Below the pieces are notes generated by a model that was given only the letters and a program-made list of their open reading frames with translations, did no database searches and had not been told where the DNA came from. Made by a program: the position numbers and the translations under genes. DNA of 64,000 nt from a virus, in IMG/VR virus record IMGVR_UViG_3300046777_001793, positions 1-64,000 of that record. The stretch is one strand, 5' to 3'. This document shows, piece by piece, positions 31,056 through 40,884 of this stretch (positions are counted from its first letter, which is position 1; every line of letters begins with the position of its first letter).

Positions 31056-32840
31056 TTAAATATTTACAGTTTGTTCAGCATCAAATGCATCATAATATGA
31101 TAATTTAACTACTTGTGCTGCATTTTTATATATTTTACAATTATAATTATTATAAACATGTGAAGCTGTAGCAAAATTGATACCTGTTACATCTGAAATA
31201 AAATCATTTAACTTAAAGTTGTTTCCTACTGTTATCCCATCTACCTTTTTGCTAAAGCTATTATCAGAAAAAAATGTTCCAATTGTAGAGTTAATAAAAG
31301 GAGCTAAAATAACATTACCAACAGGTTCATTAGAAATATTATTTTTTCCAAAATTATCTCCACACACATTATCTAAAAAGTGAGGACCTAAATCATTTTT
31401 TGCAGTATAATTTCCAAATGCATTGTCTTTACATAAAACACCAGTATTATAATTAAAAAGACCGCCTACAACATTTCCAGTAAACTCATCAAATCTATTG
31501 TTTTTAAACTCTCCTTGAGATGAATTATCTTCCATTTTTAAAATGTTGTTATATTCAAAAGTAGGATTACCAACAGTAGATGTAAAGTTTTTAATTTTTC
31601 CAGAAATATTATTTACAAAATTTTGACCGTTAAAGTTTATATTTTCAACATGATCAATAAAATTATGAGAAATTTCACTTGATGCAATTATTATTGTATC
31701 TGTTATAGAATTTGTAAATTGATTGTTTTCAATTGCACTTGCTCTTAATGTTAAATCAATACCATTGTTTAATATGTTGTTTGCATTTAAACCTGTTGAA
31801 CTCATAGTAATATTAATATTTCTATAAGACATTTTTAAATTCAAACATTCGCTTGATTTAATAGTTACATTTCTTACAGCACCCAAAATAGTACATTCTT
31901 TTGCTGAACCTAAAAACACAATATTTGGTAAATCAAAATCAGGAGAAAGAGGATCTGCATTTTCTAAAACGGTATTAACCATAATCTTGTTATTAAAACA
32001 AGATGTATAAGTATTACCAAACACAGTTGTTTCAATAAAAGGTGTGCCTAAAGCAGAAGCATATACATTAATATATTCAGAATTTGATAAATATCTTTTA
32101 AATAAAATATTTCTAAAGTCAAAATTACATTCATTACCTTGACTATCTTTTCTATAAACTATTCTACCTTTTGTAGATCCACCTGTTTTTGGAAGTGTAT
32201 ATAGAAAGTCATAGTAAATAATATCCTTTGGAAATGCAGGTTGAAAAGCAATAGGTGATAATGTGTTTGTAGTTATTGCTATAACAATTAATGGTTGAAT
32301 AGGTCCTGATTTAATATTTGGTATTAAGATGGGTGTATTTCCATCAGTAGCATAATCAGGTTGTTCATATATAGTTTGAAAATCATTTATCAAATAATAT
32401 TGACCTGGTGAAAATGCATTTGTTGATTGAAGAGTTGACATTTCTGACCAAGTTCTAGAAACAATATTTGAACCATTAGGAATTGATGTAATTAAAGTTT
32501 GAGCCCAATCAACAACTTTTTCAATAGCTACATTTAATGTATCTCCTTCTTCAAATACTAATGTATTTGTTAAAGGTAAGTTAGCATTTTTATCACCTGA
32601 AGCATGAGTCTTATTACAGAAAAAATCTACAATTCTAGATTGAACTTCTGATAAAGAATCTCCTGTTTCATAAACAGTTTCATTTTTACATTCTTTTCCA
32701 TCTCCTGTATATATAACACATTCTGTAGGAATTATTTCAGGACATGGAGATGGTGTAGGGCAATTAACAGCACCACATGTTTCACAATGTACATTTTCTA
32801 ATGTACTATTTTGATTTGCATTGCAAGTTGGACAACTCAT
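31056..32840 (-). CDS. Tail spike-like protein with Asn-rich beta-helix C-terminus
   Basis: Cys-rich N-terminus; GQYYLINDFQT...GRIVYRKD..GNECNFDFRNILF; periodic Asn repeats. Confidence 0.65.
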   Translation of the reverse strand: MSCPTCNANQNSTLENVHCETCGAVNCPTPSPCPEIIPTECVIYTGDGKECKNETVYETGDSLSEVQSRIVDFFCNKTHASGDKNANLPLTNTLVFEEGDTLNVAIEKVVDWAQTLITSIPNGSNIVSRTWSEMSTLQSTNAFSPGQYYLINDFQTIYEQPDYATDGNTPILIPNIKSGPIQPLIVIAITTNTLSPIAFQPAFPKDIIYYDFLYTLPKTGGSTKGRIVYRKDSQGNECNFDFRNILFKRYLSNSEYINVYASALGTPFIETTVFGNTYTSCFNNKIMVNTVLENADPLSPDFDLPNIVFLGSAKECTILGAVRNVTIKSSECLNLKMSYRNINITMSSTGLNANNILNNGIDLTLRASAIENNQFTNSITDTIIIASSEISHNFIDHVENINFNGQNFVNNISGKIKNFTSTVGNPTFEYNNILKMEDNSSQGEFKNNRFDEFTGNVVGGLFNYNTGVLCKDNAFGNYTAKNDLGPHFLDNVCGDNFGKNNISNEPVGNVILAPFINSTIGTFFSDNSFSKKVDGITVGNNFKLNDFISDVTGINFATASHVYNNYNCKIYKNAAQVVKLSYYDAFDAEQTVNI

Positions 32841-32842
32841 AA

Positions 32843-34306
32843 TTATACTATTGATTTAGTTTGTAAATAATCTCTATATCCACTAGTTGTAAAAAAATAA
32901 ATATCACAACCAATGCATTTAATTACTAGACCATATTCATAAAAGATATTTCCAAAAAAGTAATCAATTTGTTCTTTTGTAACTTCAGGGTTTGCTCTTT
33001 TAAAATTATCTAAAATAATACCTATACCACTTCTAGAATTAAATGAGTTTGCTTCTATTATATCGCCATACTTACTATAAGTAGAATCTGAAGTAGCATC
33101 ATATCTAAGTCTTTGAAGACTTTCATTGAAATTTGTTTTACAGCAAGGTGGTGTTTTGTCATACAAATCAAAACAAGGTTCTCTTCTTAATACTGTATCA
33201 CAATCTTCTTGAAAATTAAAATCAGGAAAAAAAGTATAAGTTGAAATTGTTGATGAATTTGCAACCCAAGTAGTATCATCAGAAAAAGCAATGTTTGTGT
33301 TATCTGAATACTTTGTTTCAGCAAGATTTTCCATTAACCAAACTTGAGTTCCAATCTTAACTGTAGCATACACTTTTCCATCATTTCCTGTATAGGAAGA
33401 TATTAAAGTTGGATTTTCTAATGAACTACTTCCGTCAACTAATGTTAGTTCTTGTAAAGTAGCAGGTCTAACTAAACGTATTGATAAACCTCTTTTTTTA
33501 TCAAGACCAATAATATTAGCATTAGAATCAGAATTTAATATTTTTAAAGCAATAGCTTTTGTTGAATCAGTAGGATCAACTGTAGTAGTCCACATTGAAA
33601 AAGAATATCTAAGTTGATCATACGTTCCTGTTTCATCCATAAAGCCTGCTCCTAATGCACTAAATTTACTTTTATTAGTTGCACCAACATTAGCTTGCCA
33701 ATGAGATGTTGAATTAGATTCACCAAGTTCTTTTAATTTACCGCCAGCCTCAAATGTTCCGCCTAAATAATTTACTAATAAATTTAAATCTAATTGACTT
33801 GGTATTTTCCAACCATCTATGGCATTAACAACACTTTTTGTTCCACTAATAACATTAAAGTTATATAAATGACCATAACCAAAACAAATTGCTTTATTTC
33901 TTGTTAAAATAAATGTATCATCTTGATAATCAATCAACTGATCATTAGGTAAAGCTAAATTTACACAACATTCAAATTTTCTTGAAGCATCAAATAAAAG
34001 TTCATGATGTTGAGGATTATCATTATTTAATCCATCATACACTATAATACTTTTGAATTGAGTATAAGAACCTAAAAAATAAAAACCATGTTCTGAATTA
34101 CAATCAGGACAACAATACTTACTGTTAACATTTGAAAGTATAATGCTATCATTATTCATTAATGTTGAATAAGCATCTCTATAAATATCAGCACTTGATA
34201 AATCACCATCTCTTGCAATATTATGAAGTAAACCCATAAGATAATTTAATGGGTTAATGCATAATGATACATCACATGGTACAATATTTTCTTTTACACA
34301 TTCCAT
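32843..34306 (-). CDS. Structural protein containing a FISUMP (Fib_succ_major) domain
   Basis: YGHLYN, GWKIPS, AGGKLKE, GATNKSKFSALGAG, GLSIRL and TVKIGTQVWLMENL motifs. Confidence 0.75.
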   Translation of the reverse strand: MECVKENIVPCDVSLCINPLNYLMGLLHNIARDGDLSSADIYRDAYSTLMNNDSIILSNVNSKYCCPDCNSEHGFYFLGSYTQFKSIIVYDGLNNDNPQHHELLFDASRKFECCVNLALPNDQLIDYQDDTFILTRNKAICFGYGHLYNFNVISGTKSVVNAIDGWKIPSQLDLNLLVNYLGGTFEAGGKLKELGESNSTSHWQANVGATNKSKFSALGAGFMDETGTYDQLRYSFSMWTTTVDPTDSTKAIALKILNSDSNANIIGLDKKRGLSIRLVRPATLQELTLVDGSSSLENPTLISSYTGNDGKVYATVKIGTQVWLMENLAETKYSDNTNIAFSDDTTWVANSSTISTYTFFPDFNFQEDCDTVLRREPCFDLYDKTPPCCKTNFNESLQRLRYDATSDSTYSKYGDIIEANSFNSRSGIGIILDNFKRANPEVTKEQIDYFFGNIFYEYGLVIKCIGCDIYFFTTSGYRDYLQTKSIV

Positions 34307-34307
34307 A

Positions 34308-34823
34308 TTACACTCCAGTTATTGAATTAACAGTTGATTCAAGGTTAGAAACTTTAGATGTTAAGTTTGCAATAGTTGCATTTAAATTTGCAATAGTTGC
34401 AGTTTGATTACAAACATATTGTCCTAATACTCCAACCATAGTATCAATTGAAACAAATGAACCACCAGCTAAACCTTGTAAACAAGTTGCAACACCTACT
34501 TCTACATCAGCTAATGATTCTGCTGTTACAGGTGCAGTTGTTGTATTTTTTATTTCACAAATTTCATCAATGATTATTTGAAACAATTCATTAAAAGTTT
34601 CAGGCGGACAATCAGTTAAATCCAAACAAGAAAAATCCAAATTCTTTGGACTTAATTGCTCCATGATTTTACATATCTTATCTGCAATTCCTGCAACTAC
34701 ATCAGAAACTGTATCACCATTACATAGATTTAAGAATGGTATAGAAGGTCCTTGCCACACAACACAATTACTTGATGTTGTAGCGCAACCTGATGGTTTT
34801 GTATTTTTTGGTATTCCGGACAT
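34308..34823 (-). CDS. Cys-rich tail hub/fibre-attachment protein with C-terminal coiled coil
   Basis: SSNCVVWQGP...GDTVSDVV...LDFSCL; heptad C-terminus. Confidence 0.6.
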   Translation of the reverse strand: MSGIPKNTKPSGCATTSSNCVVWQGPSIPFLNLCNGDTVSDVVAGIADKICKIMEQLSPKNLDFSCLDLTDCPPETFNELFQIIIDEICEIKNTTTAPVTAESLADVEVGVATCLQGLAGGSFVSIDTMVGVLGQYVCNQTATIANLNATIANLTSKVSNLESTVNSITGV

Positions 34824-34850
34824 AATATAATATAATAAATTTTTTGCAGT

Positions 34851-35420
34851 TTAACAAGTTGGACAATGAGTTTTTGAACTATCAATTAAATCTAACTTGA
34901 GTATGTTAAAGTTTAGTTTTGCTGTAAACATATCTTGCGGACAGCAAAATTTAACACCCATTCTTTCTGATAACATATTTTGATACATAGCTGTAGCAAA
35001 ATCACACATTACAGAAACAGCACGTTTAGGATCTACATCATTTGGTAAAGCTGGTTCAGCATATACTGTTCTTCCTGTGCTAGTAATTATTGCTGGTTTT
35101 GATTTAGGTTTATTAGTATCAAATTCAGCCTCTAATAAAAACTCTGAATAGTTTAATAACTCATAATCATCAGCACATTCAATCTCTTCTAATCTATAAC
35201 AACCTTCAATTGAAACCTCATCAATTGTTTTAAAGCTTGTCATTTTTTTGGTAACAATCTTTTCAGGATCTAAATTGTTATTATAAGTTCCATCATAAAT
35301 AAATGCAGTAGGTTTACCATTTACAGTTATTGGTTCATTTGAATCACAACAAACTATAATGTAAAAAATACGGTTAGTATCTCCAAATGAAAAAGATACA
35401 AATTCATTAGATTGTGCCAT
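34851..35420 (-). CDS. Cys-containing structural hypothetical protein
   Basis: Coupled ORF in the tail module; C-terminal GVKFCC and CPTC. Confidence 0.5.
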   Translation of the reverse strand: MAQSNEFVSFSFGDTNRIFYIIVCCDSNEPITVNGKPTAFIYDGTYNNNLDPEKIVTKKMTSFKTIDEVSIEGCYRLEEIECADDYELLNYSEFLLEAEFDTNKPKSKPAIITSTGRTVYAEPALPNDVDPKRAVSVMCDFATAMYQNMLSERMGVKFCCPQDMFTAKLNFNILKLDLIDSSKTHCPTC

Positions 35421-35421
35421 T

Positions 35422-35601
35422 TTATTCTTTTTTATTAAACCTATTTGGATCTAAATCTGCAATAGGTGTAACCGGAGTTACTTCTTGTTGTTTTAATACT
35501 ATACTTACACATTTTGAACAAACAACCCTATTGTTTGCCATTGTGATTAAATAACTACCTGTACATGTACAAGTATTACAATTAGGACACGTTCTTGCCA
35601 T
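35422..35601 (-). CDS. Small Cys-rich (Zn-finger-like) protein, 59 aa
   Basis: MARTCPNCNTCTC...VCSKC; ATG at 35601, 1 nt after the previous stop. Confidence 0.65.
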   Translation of the reverse strand: MARTCPNCNTCTCTGSYLITMANNRVVCSKCVSIVLKQQEVTPVTPIADLDPNRFNKKE

Positions 35602-35602
35602 C

Positions 35603-36148
35603 TTAGTATAATTTACATGAATACTCTGATAATAACTTGTTAGCGTAATTATATAAAGCCATTCCTGCATCAACATCACTACAATATTCTACTTTAGCTT
35701 TTGCTGCTTCAACATAATTATCAATTAATGTCAATTGTTGCATTTTTTTTCCAACTTCAACACTTGGTTCACAAGCTCCTAATGTAAGGTTACACCATTC
35801 TCTTTTTAGTTTTTGCTTTAACACAGACACACGTAAGTGGTCATATTCCACATAAACTTTTTCATTTGGTGATTGAGAATACTTTACTGTATAAACACCA
35901 TCAGGAATTGGTTGTGATTCTGTACCACAATCTTCTTTTTGTAAACCTAAATCACAAGCTGTCAGATTTAAAATAAAATCTTTTGGTAATTCTGAAAGAG
36001 TTACACAATCATTAAATCCAGGAACAGAAATTTGTAATGTAGGACACACTCTTGGTACAAGATCATTGTAAGTTGAAATGTCTTCAATTCTTAAAACACA
36101 CTCTGCTAAAATATCAGGAATGTTTAGGTTTAATTTGTTTGCTAACAT
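35603..36148 (-). CDS. Tail hub-type structural protein
   Basis: IPDGVYTVKYS motif common in crAss-like tail hub proteins; ATG at 36148. Confidence 0.55.
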   Translation of the reverse strand: MLANKLNLNIPDILAECVLRIEDISTYNDLVPRVCPTLQISVPGFNDCVTLSELPKDFILNLTACDLGLQKEDCGTESQPIPDGVYTVKYSQSPNEKVYVEYDHLRVSVLKQKLKREWCNLTLGACEPSVEVGKKMQQLTLIDNYVEAAKAKVEYCSDVDAGMALYNYANKLLSEYSCKLY

Positions 36149-36163
36149 AATGGTCAAATATAT

Positions 36164-36204
36164 AAAAAAAATGGAGAATAGAGAAACCCCCTACTCTCCA
36201 TTTT
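36164..36204 (-). terminator. Intrinsic terminator after the auxiliary capsid gene
   Basis: AAAATGGAGA...TCTCCATTTT inverted repeat with T-tract on the minus strand. Confidence 0.75.
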
Positions 36205-36224
36205 AGAGTTTTTAAAAACCTATC

Positions 36225-37730
36225 TTATAATGCATCATACACATAAGGAGTGTGAGCATCAGATTGCAATGTAATTGGGTTATTTGCTTGAGCTAAGAAA
36301 TTAGCAACAAATGTTTCAAATGCAGTTGCAGCACCAAACGTATTTGGTATATAGATAGTCAATGCGTATTGATCATTGTCAAATACACCTGAAGGGTTAC
36401 TTACTCTTGGAACTGAATGTACCAATACGTAACGTGTATATTTAACATTTCTATCTACAGCATCATAGATGTCATTTCCTTGGTTGATTTCACGTAAACG
36501 CATATCATCATGGAAATGATTTGTCAAATAAGACTCATCTAATATGATGTTACGTAAAACTGACTCACCGTAACCTTGACCTTGGTATCCAGGAGTTTCT
36601 TCAACTGTACATAAACCTTCAAACTCACATGGTAAACCTGCTAAGTCAACTAATTGAGCTTTGATACGTACAATCTCTCTTTCATAAAAATCAGATTTTT
36701 GGAAAGATGTTTTACCAAACTTAGTTTCAACGTAAGCACCTTCTAAACGTAAACCAGCAGTTTTACCTGCAACGTGAGCTGGAGCAGTAGCTTCATAAGC
36801 TTCCATAGCAGCTAATGTATCTAACTTAGTTCCATCTTCAGCATAAACAATTGGTTTAACAAAATCTTTTAAGAATACATCATTCAAGATTTGTTTAGCC
36901 CAGTTGATCATAACTAAAGTAGAGTTTACAGGAGATGGTGCAGCACCAGGAGCACAGCATCCTGTGTAAGCAGCTAATCTACGGTAAGCATCATGATTCA
37001 AGAAACGTAATACAGGAGAACCCCATAAGTTTACTTGTAAGTTATATGTTTCGCCACATAAAAACTCAAAATCACATACAGCAGTTAATGTAAATGTTGC
37101 TGGAGTACCAGTTCCAGGAGTATAAGTAACTACATCACCTACTTTGTATCCTTTACCTCTATTAACAATAGAAACCGCTGTAACAACGTTACCTGCAACA
37201 GTAATTTTAATTGTTAATCCTGTACCAGAACCACCTGTAGTAGCTAAACCACCTACAACTGAAGAAGTACCGTTGGTTAAACCTGAACCAGGAGTTGTAA
37301 TTACAATACCAGTATGGTAGTTAGTGTTACCAATGTGAACAACATTTTGTTCTGCATCAGCACCTACTGATTTGTAAAATGCATTTACAAAACGTGGGTT
37401 AATAAGTTTTGACTTATTTGATTCAGCATAACCACCATGGAAAGGACCAATTTTATCATTAGTCAACAATGAAGTTGAAGCTAAAATTAAAGGTTTTCCT
37501 GGGTTAGCAGTTACCCATGCATTATCAACAGAAACATAAGTATTTGCTGTAAAGAAACCAAATACTTTCTTGTCAGCAACTTCTGTACCTAATTGTGCAT
37601 TTTGTGCTAACTCTTTTGTATGAAGACCTGCAGTTAACAAGAATCCATCTTCTACACTAACACCACCAGTGTTAAACGTAGGCTTTGTACCTAAAAATGA
37701 TTTGCGGTACGCATGATTAAAATAACTCAT
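36225..37730 (-). CDS. Auxiliary capsid/structural protein with an inserted beta-rich domain
   Basis: Near the MCP, with its own terminator; insert GSGTGLTIKITV...GKGYKVGD. Confidence 0.6.
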   Translation of the reverse strand: MSYFNHAYRKSFLGTKPTFNTGGVSVEDGFLLTAGLHTKELAQNAQLGTEVADKKVFGFFTANTYVSVDNAWVTANPGKPLILASTSLLTNDKIGPFHGGYAESNKSKLINPRFVNAFYKSVGADAEQNVVHIGNTNYHTGIVITTPGSGLTNGTSSVVGGLATTGGSGTGLTIKITVAGNVVTAVSIVNRGKGYKVGDVVTYTPGTGTPATFTLTAVCDFEFLCGETYNLQVNLWGSPVLRFLNHDAYRRLAAYTGCCAPGAAPSPVNSTLVMINWAKQILNDVFLKDFVKPIVYAEDGTKLDTLAAMEAYEATAPAHVAGKTAGLRLEGAYVETKFGKTSFQKSDFYEREIVRIKAQLVDLAGLPCEFEGLCTVEETPGYQGQGYGESVLRNIILDESYLTNHFHDDMRLREINQGNDIYDAVDRNVKYTRYVLVHSVPRVSNPSGVFDNDQYALTIYIPNTFGAATAFETFVANFLAQANNPITLQSDAHTPYVYDAL

Positions 37731-37795
37731 TTTTTATTTTTTTAATTAATAAACAATATAAAGAATATACTAAAAAATTTTTAATTATCAAAATT

Positions 37796-37933
37796 TTAGC
37801 AACTTCCTTTTTTCATTGAACCACCCATTTTCTTTTTTGGAGTAGCTTTTTGCATCCATGGTGGCATTTTTTTACCACTAGCTGCTGCTGCTTTTGCAGG
37901 TTTTTTAGCCGAAGCTTTTTTCATTGTAGCCAT
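37796..37933 (-). CDS. Small Lys/Ala-rich peptide, 45 aa (not in ORF track)
   Basis: MATMKKASAKKPAKAAAASGKKMPPWMQKATPKKKMGGSMKKGSC; tightly packed between neighbours. Confidence 0.75.
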   Translation of the reverse strand: MATMKKASAKKPAKAAAASGKKMPPWMQKATPKKKMGGSMKKGSC

Positions 37934-37935
37934 TT

Positions 37936-38082
37936 TTATTTGTTTTTAGATTTAATTTTTTTCTCTTGTTTAAGCATTTCTTTTGTAGGTTTTTTACCAG
38001 AACCTTTATTGTCACGTATATTATCCCACAAACCTCTTTGTGAAACACTACCGTCTTTTCTTTTTAACATTTGCTTTGCCAT
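37936..38082 (-). CDS. Small basic protein, 48 aa (not in ORF track)
   Basis: MAKQMLKRKDGSVSQRGLWDNIRDNKGSGKKPTKEMLKQEKKIKSKNK; ATG 1 nt after the upstream stop. Confidence 0.75.
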   Translation of the reverse strand: MAKQMLKRKDGSVSQRGLWDNIRDNKGSGKKPTKEMLKQEKKIKSKNK

Positions 38083-38083
38083 C

Positions 38084-38527
38084 TTATGAAAGGAATGTTA
38101 ATTTGTACATTAATGAATTGATACTTGATTTTGCAGTATCTAAATCATTTACAATTTCAGAATAACACATGTATTCTTGTAATTCGCAAATCATTGCTTT
38201 TAATTCTTTAGCATAAGCAATACCTTCTTCTTTAGTATTTAAAGTACGTGGTGTAATCTCTACATAAGAAAGTAATTCACATGTAGCACCTTGATATTGT
38301 TCTGCTAATGTATCTGCATGACCAGGTAATGCATCATAAATTTCATTTAATGCTGCGTGTGCTGCATAAGATCCAGGACCTGTAATTTTTAAATGTAACT
38401 TATGAAATGCAGTTCTTGCATTCATTAATTCAGAAACACAAGCAGCAGTCATTGATGAACAATCTTTTAATGTTTGTTGCATCACCGGTTGTCTTGAAAA
38501 CAATAAGTTTCTTTTTGGAGCATCCAT
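38084..38527 (-). CDS. Ferritin/Dps-like protein
   Basis: HKLHL...SYAAHAALNEIYD...ADTLAEQYQG...YKLTFL four-helix ferritin pattern. Confidence 0.75.
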   Translation of the reverse strand: MDAPKRNLLFSRQPVMQQTLKDCSSMTAACVSELMNARTAFHKLHLKITGPGSYAAHAALNEIYDALPGHADTLAEQYQGATCELLSYVEITPRTLNTKEEGIAYAKELKAMICELQEYMCYSEIVNDLDTAKSSINSLMYKLTFLS

Positions 38528-38532
38528 TATTA

Positions 38533-39234
38533 TTAGTTATTAGTTTCTACGTAATTATCAGTTAATTGATTTGCTGTAATATTTTCAATATCTCCTGCAA
38601 TTATTTTAGATGCTTCATCAATAAATAATTCTACCAAATCATCTTTAAATTCTGATTCTACAGTTTTCTTTGATGATTCTCCTGTGTAAGGATTAGACAC
38701 ACCAATAATTTCAATCTTATTAGGGAATCTATAATAAACAAGATTACCTGATGTAATTTCAAATTCATTATTGGTATAGACTTTTACTTTGTTATTTGCA
38801 AGGTTGCAAAAAGTTTCAGCCCATTGAAAATTTGGTTTACGGTGATGATTTCTAAGTAGCTCATCTGTATCACCTTCTCTACTTAAATAAATCATCATAG
38901 GTCTTTCATCACAACAACCAGATTTAGCTTTAGCATTAATACGCTTCCATTCCATAAAGTCTTTTGGAATATCTGCTTGATAAAATCCATCTTTCTTTTT
39001 TAAAGCTAAAGGTTTTTCTATAAGTAAAACTTGAAGATCTGTGATTCTTCTTTTAGAAGATTCATCTCCTTCTTTAAAGTGGTTATAACCATGTAAGTTT
39101 CTTCTTACCCAAGATATAGTTGCTTTATTAAAGGCTTCTACAATTCTCCAATCAGTAATGTTATCATAATCATTACTGGCAAGTTTATTTAACCTTTGTC
39201 TTACTTTTAATAGAATAACCTGATTTGAAATCAT
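38533..39234 (-). CDS. Tail ring (portal-adaptor) protein
   Basis: AFNKA...LQVLL...LVYYRFP pattern of crAss ring protein 1; synteny. Confidence 0.6.
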   Translation of the reverse strand: MISNQVILLKVRQRLNKLASNDYDNITDWRIVEAFNKATISWVRRNLHGYNHFKEGDESSKRRITDLQVLLIEKPLALKKKDGFYQADIPKDFMEWKRINAKAKSGCCDERPMMIYLSREGDTDELLRNHHRKPNFQWAETFCNLANNKVKVYTNNEFEITSGNLVYYRFPNKIEIIGVSNPYTGESSKKTVESEFKDDLVELFIDEASKIIAGDIENITANQLTDNYVETNN

Positions 39235-39398
39235 TACTTAACTTTTTTTAAATTAGGGTTTTTTGCCTTAGCTGCCGGAGATGCTTTGCGAGCAGAAGCT
39301 GCAAGTATTGCACCTGCAGCTTTCTCACTTATACCTTGTTTCTTAGCAATGTTTTTTTGAGCTGCTTTAAAGCCCATTCCTTTTTTAACTTTTGCCAT
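39234..39398 (-). CDS. Small basic protein, 54 aa (not in ORF track)
   Basis: MAKVKKGMGFKAAQKNIAKKQGISEKAAGAILAASARKASPAAKAKNPNLKKVK; TAATG overlap with the next gene. Confidence 0.8.
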   Translation of the reverse strand: MAKVKKGMGFKAAQKNIAKKQGISEKAAGAILAASARKASPAAKAKNPNLKKVK

Positions 39399-39399
39399 T

Positions 39400-39543
39400 T
39401 TACTTTTTACGTTTTACTTTTCCACCATAACGCATTTCATCAAGACCTTGTGAAACAGGTTTGCTAAAATTTTTAACTATTTTTCCACCATCACCCATTT
39501 TAGGTAATGATTTTTTTTTAACTGGTTTTTTAATTGCCGACAT
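39400..39543 (-). CDS. Small basic peptide with two GG motifs, 47 aa (not in ORF track)
   Basis: MSAIKKPVKKKSLPKMGDGGKIVKNFSKPVSQGLDEMRYGGKVKRKK. Confidence 0.7.
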   Translation of the reverse strand: MSAIKKPVKKKSLPKMGDGGKIVKNFSKPVSQGLDEMRYGGKVKRKK

Positions 39544-39554
39544 GTTATTTAATT

Positions 39555-40544
39555 TTATTGAGCCCACATTTGTTCAACTTTAGCCATTAATGTGTCAAGG
39601 ACATCATCATTAGCTGGATTTTTCAAGAACTCTAATGCTTCAGCAGTATTTCTACCCATTAATGCATTAGAAGAAGTTTCATAAAGAACACCATCAGACT
39701 TAGCAGCAATAAATTTAACAAAGACAGCATCTTTGATTATTGCTTTAAGTTTTAAGTCTTCATTACTCATTTCAGATAAATCAATGAAATTTTGAGCTGC
39801 ACGCTTAACGCTTCCTTCAAAACTTAAACCATTGATGTATCTATCTAAATTGCTGTAAATAGTATCAGCCAATGTTCTATTGGTATATTGAATACTATTA
39901 CCATCAATTGATTTAATGATATAGAATAATTTTCTTTGCTCATCATCAGCCATTTCATCAAGGATTGATAATGCGCGGTTACGGATTTTAGTAACAGAAA
40001 TTTTAGATGCAACTGTATCTATCTCTCTATCTAAATACCACTTCTTGTTGAATTTTCTTGCATCATCATAAGATGGAGCAACAAGTGAAAATCCACCACC
40101 TTCTACCGCTTTGATAATCATTAAGTGATCAAGGTTGTTTGCTGGATCAAGAATTAAATCATCATTTCCTAATTTCAACATTAACTTACCAAACACTTCT
40201 GTATTATCAGAACGGAAGGTTTCTACTTTAGTCCAAAAATCTTTATCTTCTGGATCTATCTGATTAAATGCTCTTTCTCTTTCAAGGGTAGCAACTGTTT
40301 CTCTAATGTCTTTAATAACAGCAGCTTTTTTCTTTTCATCCTTAATTGATTTTACATAAGGAGCAAATTCATTAAGACCTGTTAAATAAACAGTTCTACC
40401 ATTTTGTTCAATTGCCGCTAAACTTTCAACTTGAAAAGTATTAGGGAATACTACATAATTGTAATTTTCCAATCCCATATTTTCAATGGTTGGATCACAA
40501 TAAGCTTTAATTCTAACTTTTGATGTTTTTGAATTTTGTGTCAT
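39555..40544 (-). CDS. Conserved crAss-like capsid-module protein
   Basis: YLTGLNE and FLKNPAN motifs, downstream of the MCP; ATG at 40544 preferred because the TTG at 40571 lies inside a TAAATTTG promoter-like box. Confidence 0.6.
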   Translation of the reverse strand: MTQNSKTSKVRIKAYCDPTIENMGLENYNYVVFPNTFQVESLAAIEQNGRTVYLTGLNEFAPYVKSIKDEKKKAAVIKDIRETVATLERERAFNQIDPEDKDFWTKVETFRSDNTEVFGKLMLKLGNDDLILDPANNLDHLMIIKAVEGGGFSLVAPSYDDARKFNKKWYLDREIDTVASKISVTKIRNRALSILDEMADDEQRKLFYIIKSIDGNSIQYTNRTLADTIYSNLDRYINGLSFEGSVKRAAQNFIDLSEMSNEDLKLKAIIKDAVFVKFIAAKSDGVLYETSSNALMGRNTAEALEFLKNPANDDVLDTLMAKVEQMWAQ

Positions 40545-40578
40545 AATTTTTGTTGGTTGGTTTTCTGACAAATTTAAT

Positions 40579-40607
40579 AAAAAAGCAGGCCAATTTAATG
40601 ACCTGCT
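40579..40607 (-). terminator. Intrinsic terminator
   Basis: AGCAGG...CCTGCT followed by T-tract on the minus strand. Confidence 0.7.
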
Positions 40608-40612
40608 AAATT

Positions 40613-40870
40613 TTATGATAATGCATTAATAATTGCATTAAGTTTAGATTCAATTGCATCTAAACGTGTTTCTACTTCTCCTCTTAGACCTGTTACAGTT
40701 GTACCAGCTAAATCAGTAGATGCAGGTAATACTCCTACTGTACTTACAGCTTTAGCAAGATTTTCTAAAGCAGCATTAACATGTGCAATACGTGCAAATG
40801 CGTGTTCAGAAAAAGGTGCTTTTTCCAATACTGGATCTGGACTTTGAGTTTTTACTTTAGTAATTGACAT
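40613..40870 (-). CDS. Small head-associated protein (head-fibre-like)
   Basis: Immediately after the MCP; C-terminal coiled coil ending KLNAIINAL. Confidence 0.45.
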   Translation of the reverse strand: MSITKVKTQSPDPVLEKAPFSEHAFARIAHVNAALENLAKAVSTVGVLPASTDLAGTTVTGLRGEVETRLDAIESKLNAIINALS

Positions 40871-40884
40871 AGTTTTATTGTTTT

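Noticed and set aside
25089-34306. Diversity-generating retroelement or invertible fibre cassette
   Set aside because: No reverse transcriptase, recombinase or template/variable repeat pair was seen in the window
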